This document shows positions 56,965-64,000 of a stretch of 64,000 bases of DNA, piece by piece (the first letter of the stretch is position 1; every line of letters begins with the position of its first letter). The stretch is from Schmidtea nova (lineage: Eukaryota). A program made the translations under genes and the position numbers. The notes below the pieces were generated by a model. The model was not told the DNA's origin. It ran no database searches and saw nothing but the letters and a program-made list of their open reading frames with translations. The stretch spans positions 569,098,001-569,162,000 of the forward strand of contig CM097882.1 in the NCBI GenBank assembly GCA_044892505.1. Direction: 5' to 3'.

Positions 56965-57525
56965 ATGAGAAAGCTCGCAATACCAATACTCCTAGGGTTA
57001 ATAACCATCACCCTACAGAGAGAAGATCTACAACTTAGTGAAACCCAATTACGAGTTCTACCCGACAAAACCTACCAAAAAGTAGACAGCCTAATCGAAG
57101 AAGTAATTAAAGAAATCAACGAATTCCGACAGAAATATCCCCACAATCAAGATCATCAAATCCAACAAATCTTAGATAACCAACAACTGAAGCTAAAAGA
57201 AACCCAAAAAACCCTGAAAGAAGGTAGAGAGCCCATAAAAAGCCTAGCCCAAGCTGAAATAGAATATCAAGAGAAATGGATCATAGCAATCATCATAATC
57301 CTCTCAATCAGCGTAACTATCATCGCAATCACAATCCTGATTGCCTCCTACCGGATAAAAATCCTCAAACAGAAACAAACCATCGTCAATCAAACATCAA
57401 GGCGAGACAAACGAACCCAAAGACGTATGAGAAAACATCTAGATCAAATTCAGACCCACTACGAATTAGCTACAATCAATGAGAGAACTCAAACCCAACC
57501 CAATGCGAGCCGGAGGATCGAATAG
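56965..57525 (+). CDS. Predicted type I membrane protein, 186 aa
   Basis: Signal-like MRKLAIPILLGLITITL; helical ectodomain; TM WIIAIIIILSISVTIIAITILIASY; basic tail. Confidence 0.8.
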   Translation: MRKLAIPILLGLITITLQREDLQLSETQLRVLPDKTYQKVDSLIEEVIKEINEFRQKYPHNQDHQIQQILDNQQLKLKETQKTLKEGREPIKSLAQAEIEYQEKWIIAIIIILSISVTIIAITILIASYRIKILKQKQTIVNQTSRRDKRTQRRMRKHLDQIQTHYELATINERTQTQPNASRRIE

Positions 57526-59025
57526 ACTTTGTGAACATCTCTGATGAACCTTTAACTATCCTGTGACAATAATCTGATAATATTCAACTAGCCTATAACC
57601 AATCTCATGATGTGTATAAATTCTATCACCTTAAGTGATTTTCTTGTGTTTATGTATATATCTGTAAAACTTTTTATGTATGATGTTATAAGTAGTTATG
57701 TATAATTAATTGCGGGACGCAATTTTAGGGGTCCCCGAGTGATGTTGGGCCCACCAATTGGTCTAAAAAGGCAAAAATATTGTACTAATTTAAACAATAA
57801 ATACAAATAATAACCACAAAAACATTCAAAAAAACCTAAATTAAAAATTAAAATAAAATAATAAATAATAATTACTAAATTTCCAGCAAAGGAAGAAAAT
57901 CAAATTGACACAAGAACGAGCAGTATGGGGGTCTGAAATAAGAAAATTACCAATAAAATCAAATAAAAGTACAATTAATTGGTTAATTACTTGAAAAAAT
58001 CGAGACCACCCAGCGAGAAATCTGAACCGGAAATTTAAAATGGTTTATATTAAAATAAAATAACAAAATTACTTTGATGGACGGCCTGATCCTGATTGGT
58101 CAATCTGACCAACTGGATCAGTATAAATACCGATCCAAAAATCATACAGATAACATCTAAATACTTAGCTACCGAACTGATTTATCATAGTCAACTTTGA
58201 TACGATAAATACTGTGAAAATTTTTGGAAAACACTGCATCGTGGATTGAAACAGTAAATTTTCTTTTGTATTGTATTTTGCATAAATTTTTATGATATGT
58301 TTCATGATTCCCATTTGTTTTATTTAATATAATTTATTACTATTACTCTATTTTTCTTATGCCATTATTTTATGATATAATAAATATACTTCCTCAGTAG
58401 CTTACGCTGCGAGGGAGCAAGCCGTAAATGTGGGATTTCACCGTTCCACAAGATGGTGAGCAGAGTTTCTATTGGTATTCTTTATTTAATTTAATTTTAT
58501 CGGAAATTTCACGGTACGGTAAAGTTGTGCAGGGACAAGGACACGAGTGAAATTTGTAGACAGTGGTTAACATTTACATTCGATCAGACAGGCGAAAACA
58601 AACTATAACATAAATTATCAGGTCGACTAGATCGATTTTTTCATATACACGCAAATTTTTATAAATCAACATAGCTGATCGAAATAATGTCCGGACACAC
58701 CGAGACGATTTCGACGTTTCAACTACAGTTTAATTTAGACATAAACAACGACATATTCGGATCGACCCTACTGATTAAATAAGTAAAATCGTAACCTGAT
58801 CGCTGTACATAGCGCAGGTAATAATAGGTAAATTTTTAATATTCCGATCGCTGTACATAGCGACGGTGTTAATTGAATAGTTTGGAAAATATTTTTTTTT
58901 TTTCATTCTCCCTTTTCACATTTTTTTTTGTGTTATTGATCAACGAGCAGAGCACTTTTTATCAGGTCTCACAAAAATTTACGGATTTATCACAGTAAAT
59001 TCTATTAGCATTATTATTTTCGCAG

Positions 59026-59526
59026 ATGAAATCAACGATACTGGATGAATTTCTAACAGCTCAACGTCATGTGGCACGGGTCGAGAATCCTCTAATCCGG
59101 ACGCAACGGAAGAAATTGAAGTCGCTTCCACAGGAACTCCTCAGAACGCTAAATGCGTTGATGTATAAATGGAGAAGGGAACTAGGAAAGAAATGCCCAT
59201 TTTCGATTTGGGCCGGTGGATTGGATACCATCGTATATCGAGGAGGCCCCGGATGGGAAATTCAGGACGAAAGAGACCGGGAGACGACAGCTCTGTTCGT
59301 CATAGTGGTGTCAGACAGTGAAGGAAATCCAACGACAGTGATCCATTGGGGATATGTCTCACCCCTCAAGTTGCTTCAATTCGGGTTGATTCCGAATCAC
59401 CTACCAAAAACATGCCATGAGCGTCCCAAACTCAACTGTTCAATGGCTCACCTCCGACGAGATCCAGTAAATCGCGGGTTGCATATTACTCCCGTACACG
59501 GCCTCAAGCGAAGTGTTTTCCACTAA
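59026..59526 (+). CDS. LTR-encoded ORF A, 3' copy
   Basis: Same translation as 32764-33264. Confidence 0.7.
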   Translation: MKSTILDEFLTAQRHVARVENPLIRTQRKKLKSLPQELLRTLNALMYKWRRELGKKCPFSIWAGGLDTIVYRGGPGWEIQDERDRETTALFVIVVSDSEGNPTTVIHWGYVSPLKLLQFGLIPNHLPKTCHERPKLNCSMAHLRRDPVNRGLHITPVHGLKRSVFH

Positions 59527-59709
59527 ACATTATATTCACATTTTTATAAGCTAAACGATTTCAATAAATTAAATGGTGTTGATCCGTGTTTTGTTTGTTC
59601 TTAGTTAAATTTATTTCTATTTATTTAATCATATGATTTTTACACTCGACGGATAATATTAATCTTGGTAACATGTTTGATGCATTATAAATTGGGTTTG
59701 TTATTTAGC

Positions 59710-60300
59710 ATGACGGAAACTAGCCAACAGCGAGAATTGGACAAGGCGTGGAGAATCCGCCGAGCATTGGAAAAGGAGCTAAACCAGGAAAAAGCCTTAC
59801 GAGCCAAAGCAGAAGCTCAGATTCAGCATTTACGGACCAGCTGGTTCGCACCAGCTCGCATGAAGGAGCAGATGAGTCGGACAGAAAGGGCTCAAAAGAC
59901 AGCTGACGATTATCGGACCGAATGGGAAGCAACAAAAATTGAGTTGCGCCGATGTCTCCATTCGGTGACGACTTCATTTATCGAGTCCGAATTGAAAGCA
60001 CAAATCCGACCCATTACTTACCAGAAATGGGTAGGAGAACAGAGAGTGGCCTGCTCAGTCAGTACAGACACCGATGGACTCGAGGCAACCACAGTGCAGA
60101 ATCGGGTGGAAACCACCACTGTACCAAACCCCGTCGGAAAAACGAATAAGCGGAAACGAATCGGCTCCAAGCGCCGTCGCCAAAGAAAGCTGTTTTCACA
60201 ACAATTGCAGACACAAGTAACCACTATGGCAGAAATGTCGGAGGCCGAGTGGTTATCAGAGATATTCCCTCCAGAAGGAATTTTCAAAGAATTTCTATAA
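59710..60300 (+). CDS. LTR-encoded ORF B, 3' copy
   Basis: Same translation as 33448-34038. Confidence 0.72.
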   Translation: MTETSQQRELDKAWRIRRALEKELNQEKALRAKAEAQIQHLRTSWFAPARMKEQMSRTERAQKTADDYRTEWEATKIELRRCLHSVTTSFIESELKAQIRPITYQKWVGEQRVACSVSTDTDGLEATTVQNRVETTTVPNPVGKTNKRKRIGSKRRRQRKLFSQQLQTQVTTMAEMSEAEWLSEIFPPEGIFKEFL

Positions 60301-63300
60301 CAGATAGAATACGATGTCCGATTTGGGAGTCAATTAAATTTTTGCTCGTGTTTGTTTTGTTGTTGTTATTTCTTTTGTATTTCCTTCGATTAAATAATTC
60401 ATATAATTAAAATTCAATTACCCGTCACACAACGAAAGAAGTAGCGATAAAAAGAACTTAAATACTATCAAATTCGTAGTTTGGTTTTGCCTGTTTGTTT
60501 TGTTTTTGATAAATATATAGCCTCACACACACAAAATAGAACAATAATTGCGTAAGTCCTTCTACGGCCGCGTGAACCCGTAAGCATAAAGGGGGAGTAG
60601 TCCTAGCAATAGTGCTCACCTGCCCCTCATTGCTTAACCACCCTGCGCATCACCAACTTGGTTATCAAGGGAAATAATCAAGGGCGCTCGAGTGTAGATT
60701 ACGACTATTTATGCATGATCATGGATGGGAGATCCCTAGCAATCATTAAAATTTTTACCAAACCGTCCATGAACCCAGNNNNNNNNNNNNNNNNNNNNNN
60801 NNNNNNNNNNNNNNNNNNNNNNNNNNNNNNNNNNNNNNNNNNNNNNNNNNNNNNNNNNNNNNNNNNNNNNNNNNNNNNNNNNNNNNNNNNNNNNNNNNNN
60901 NNNNNNNNNNNNNNNNNNNNNNNNNNNNNNNNNNNNNNTCTAAAAATTATAAACTGATTTGAAATAATTGGTGATAATTAGGAATATTATTAAATAATTT
61001 TAAGATAATTAAGGATAATTGAATTCATTAAATTCCGTTACAAAACCAATTATAAAAAGTATTTAAGGATATAATTAAACAAAATATGATACAGCGCATA
61101 CTGAAAATATTCTGTACAGTTATTGAAATAGGCTGAAATAAATAGAATACAAGTTGTATTAATTTGATTGACAACAGAAACCTTAGGTGAATAATCTGCT
61201 TTGCTATAGTTTGTATAAATGAATGTTTGACATTTTCGATAAATCTTTTGAAATTTGTATTAAGTTCAAAGAAATGTGAGTTAATATTTTTGAAATTTTA
61301 GTAATTTGATATTTATTCATATTTCATTACAAAATTTTAGAGAAATAATTTACATCGGTTCTTGGGTAAAAAGGATTTTGTTGGTATATGGGCTGTTAAA
61401 AATTGTTTTGCAAGGAATTACAGCAACCCCTTGATACCGTCATGAAAATGTTTAATCTCTTTCACTTGTGTACCCATAGTTACTTCTTAGTAAACTATGT
61501 TGGTATTGTACACCGTGTTGCGATAATTCAATGAGCAGGTGAGATTCATTGCAAAATTCACTGCTAATTGTATGATCTCTTTCGGCTTCCTGCTGCCGAA
61601 AGAGGGTCTTACGCTCATAATTAATTTAAAGGTCATATTAATTAATCAACTCTTAACTCTAAAACATCGCCTTATAATATTTAACATTCACTCCTATCTG
61701 TTTGAAAAAAAGATATCCCAAATAAAACATTTCTATTCCCCCCTGTTTCACCTTTCAAGTACATCTCCCAATTCCTTCTTACCCTAGCGAAACTATATAA
61801 TTCAATAAGAAATGGTCAGAAGAAAAATCAAGAACCTCCAACCGATCGGGAGCTTATAACCTGTGAGTCAACAGAGCTCCTCTAAATCAGTTTAATTAGG
61901 AAATCATTTGAGAGAGCATATTTAACAAGCAAACTTATAGTTAAAATATTTATTAACCATTTTAAATTACAGCTCAGTAAAAATAAAACATAATTGAAAA
62001 TTACAAGGAAAATATCAAACGTGCGTTAATTCATTCGTTCCACTGAATAAATTCAATTGATACTGGTGCTGGATGGTAGATTTAAAATTTTAAAATGTCT
62101 TCTCAGTAAAAAGTAAAAATTAAAAGCTTTTCTTATGATTTTTCAGCGTCTGTTTATACTAATATTGTGTGACACCCACGCGTTCTGTTCACTAATTAAG
62201 AATATTTATAATTTAATTTATATATTTATTTTAATATTTGAATTATCAATTTTTATAAATGAATTATTTATTTATTTTTCAGTAAAATTAGTTTTACAAT
62301 TTTAATTTATTTTCTAAATATTTATTTTAAATTTCACTAACTTATATGTAAAAAATATAGCATTATCCTGTTTGCGATAATTGATTAAATAAACAAATTT
62401 TCCTATTTTAGTCCCTATTTCTGTAATTTTATCGATATTTTAATGGGCATTTCTTCTATAATCTTTAATAAATCATTCTCTTTTTTTTTATACTAATTTT
62501 ATCTTTGATCATGCCTTTGTATATAATATACGAGCAAAGATCTTTCCCATTCAATTTTCGTGTCTTCGTATGTAAATTTGACCTGCACTCAAATTGTGTC
62601 CTCTCTTTTTAGATGCCTCTTTTTATCGCTTTATCCCTACCTCGACTGACTTATGAAATGCGGTTCGTTTGCCTGCTATTTGTGATTTAATATTCGATAT
62701 TCTTCTTTTCTATTTTTACTGTATGTGTTATCGTGTTTTTTGAATTCATATATTTTTGTGAATTTTCAATTGTAAAAATATTTTGTTTAATGAATTTTCT
62801 TAAAAAGGAATTGCAAAGAAAGAGATATAGGAAAAGCCCTTGGAATTCTTTTCATAAAAGTATCAAAAAAGTATCAAAAATATGAAAACATGAGATTTGA
62901 TCACAATTTTAAATATAATTTCTGTATTATATATGACAAAAGAATTTGTAATTTTTATGAGGTACGGTGATGTTTAAAATTATTTTGCAATTAATTTTAT
63001 ATAAATTCTTTTTTAACAATAAAAAAAAACCAAAGCACAATTTCCATGGAATTGAGATTTCTCAACATGAATAACTTTGGATTTTTCTTGTAATTTTCCA
63101 ACATTAGGAATAATGAATTAAATAAATCTAAAAGGCACTTCATGTATTTTGACATAATATTTTGACATATTTTTGACATATTTTTGAAATAAAAAATTAT
63201 TAAAAACTACATGCAACAAAATTCCAAGAAAGACTATCGAATTTAATATTATAATCAAAACAGTATCAAATTTATAAGACAATTTTTTTTCTCGATTTTT

Positions 63301-63784
63301 CCTTATCCTATAAATTTGTTAAGAAAAATTAATCGTATAGATTTAGTTTTTCTCTCAGGAATTCAATCGGAATATCATATCCTATTCTGACTTCGAAATC
63401 AAAAAATAAGTTTCTAGAAAAGAATATCAGGACGCCTAACATAAACGTTAAGAAACCAGTTATCAACCATTTCTAGATTATATGGCGATAGAATAGGAAC
63501 TTATTAGATAGGAACTTATTAGAATAGGAACTTATTCTAACATTATCAATTAAAGTAATGAAGACACAGTTGACTGAATCTACTACATTTCCTCAATAAT
63601 CATGAATGTCATAAACATCTGTATTTATGATATTATCGGGAACCATAAATTTGTTACAAGATACAGAGATATAATATTTTAAAAACAACAAAAGATTATG
63701 TCATCAATAACAGCACGTATAAATTAGTTCATTAGTTTAGCCCATTTCTTCAGGGAGAAATTCTGAGAGCAAAAATGAAAGATT

Positions 63785-63862
<78 letters not shown>

Positions 63863-64000
63863 GGATGTCTTGTTTTAGGTTTATTTTATGTAATTATTCT
63901 TTTAACAGTTTGTAAGCGCCGTCATTACTATGGACGGTGCCCTTGCGGTCACCAGGAACCCCCCCCCCTTTTTTATTTTTATTTATTGCAAAATAATTAA

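Larger units (their letters stand above)
31494..60778 (+). mobile_element. Giant Ty3/gypsy LTR retroelement (Burro-like), ~29.3 kb; inferred true ends ~31476 and ~60783 lie in gaps
   Basis: Two ~3-kb direct repeats, PBS, intact Gag and PR-RT-RH-IN in gypsy order, envelope-like glycoprotein and accessory ORFs, all on the + strand. Confidence 0.97.
57740..60778 (+). repeat. 3' LTR (end hidden in gap)
   Basis: Begins TGATGTTGGG after a G-rich tract; near-identical to the 5' LTR. Confidence 0.93.

Noticed and set aside
61300-62720. Possible Penelope or LINE RT relics on the minus strand
   Set aside because: Only faint partial motifs (e.g. IKSQIAGKRTAF); too weak to support

Overview
AT-rich, gapped animal genomic DNA. 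The host is probably a spiralian, most likely a triclad flatworm, inferred from the innexin type and the element type. The left half (1-31 kb) holds a minus-strand innexin gene whose ~13-kb first intron is a nest of transposon relics (Ty3/gypsy interrupted by Tc1, a mariner, a minisatellite). Further right are host-gene relics (nuclear-receptor zinc finger, Sin3 PAH, actin), MITEs, and a CsRn1-clade gypsy fragment whose Gag carries an N-terminal Sde2-type ubiquitin-like domain. The main feature is an apparently intact ~29.3-kb Ty3/gypsy LTR element (~31476-60783) with two near-identical ~3-kb protein-coding LTRs. It carries a tRNA-Pro-type PBS, an upstream RING ORF and a 5636-codon polyprotein ordered Gag - four ubiquitin-like folds - AT-hook - Bcl-2-like - chuvirus-type glycoprotein - PR - RT - RH - IN - ankyrins - two duplicated FN3-like membrane proteins. 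Four operon-like downstream ORFs follow, including a full-length TRAF. It resembles the planarian Burro giant elements (recalled from literature, not checked) and reads like an enveloped endogenous virus with a cell-death/NF-kB signalling toolkit. All domain calls come from motif recognition by eye and need HMM or structure confirmation.
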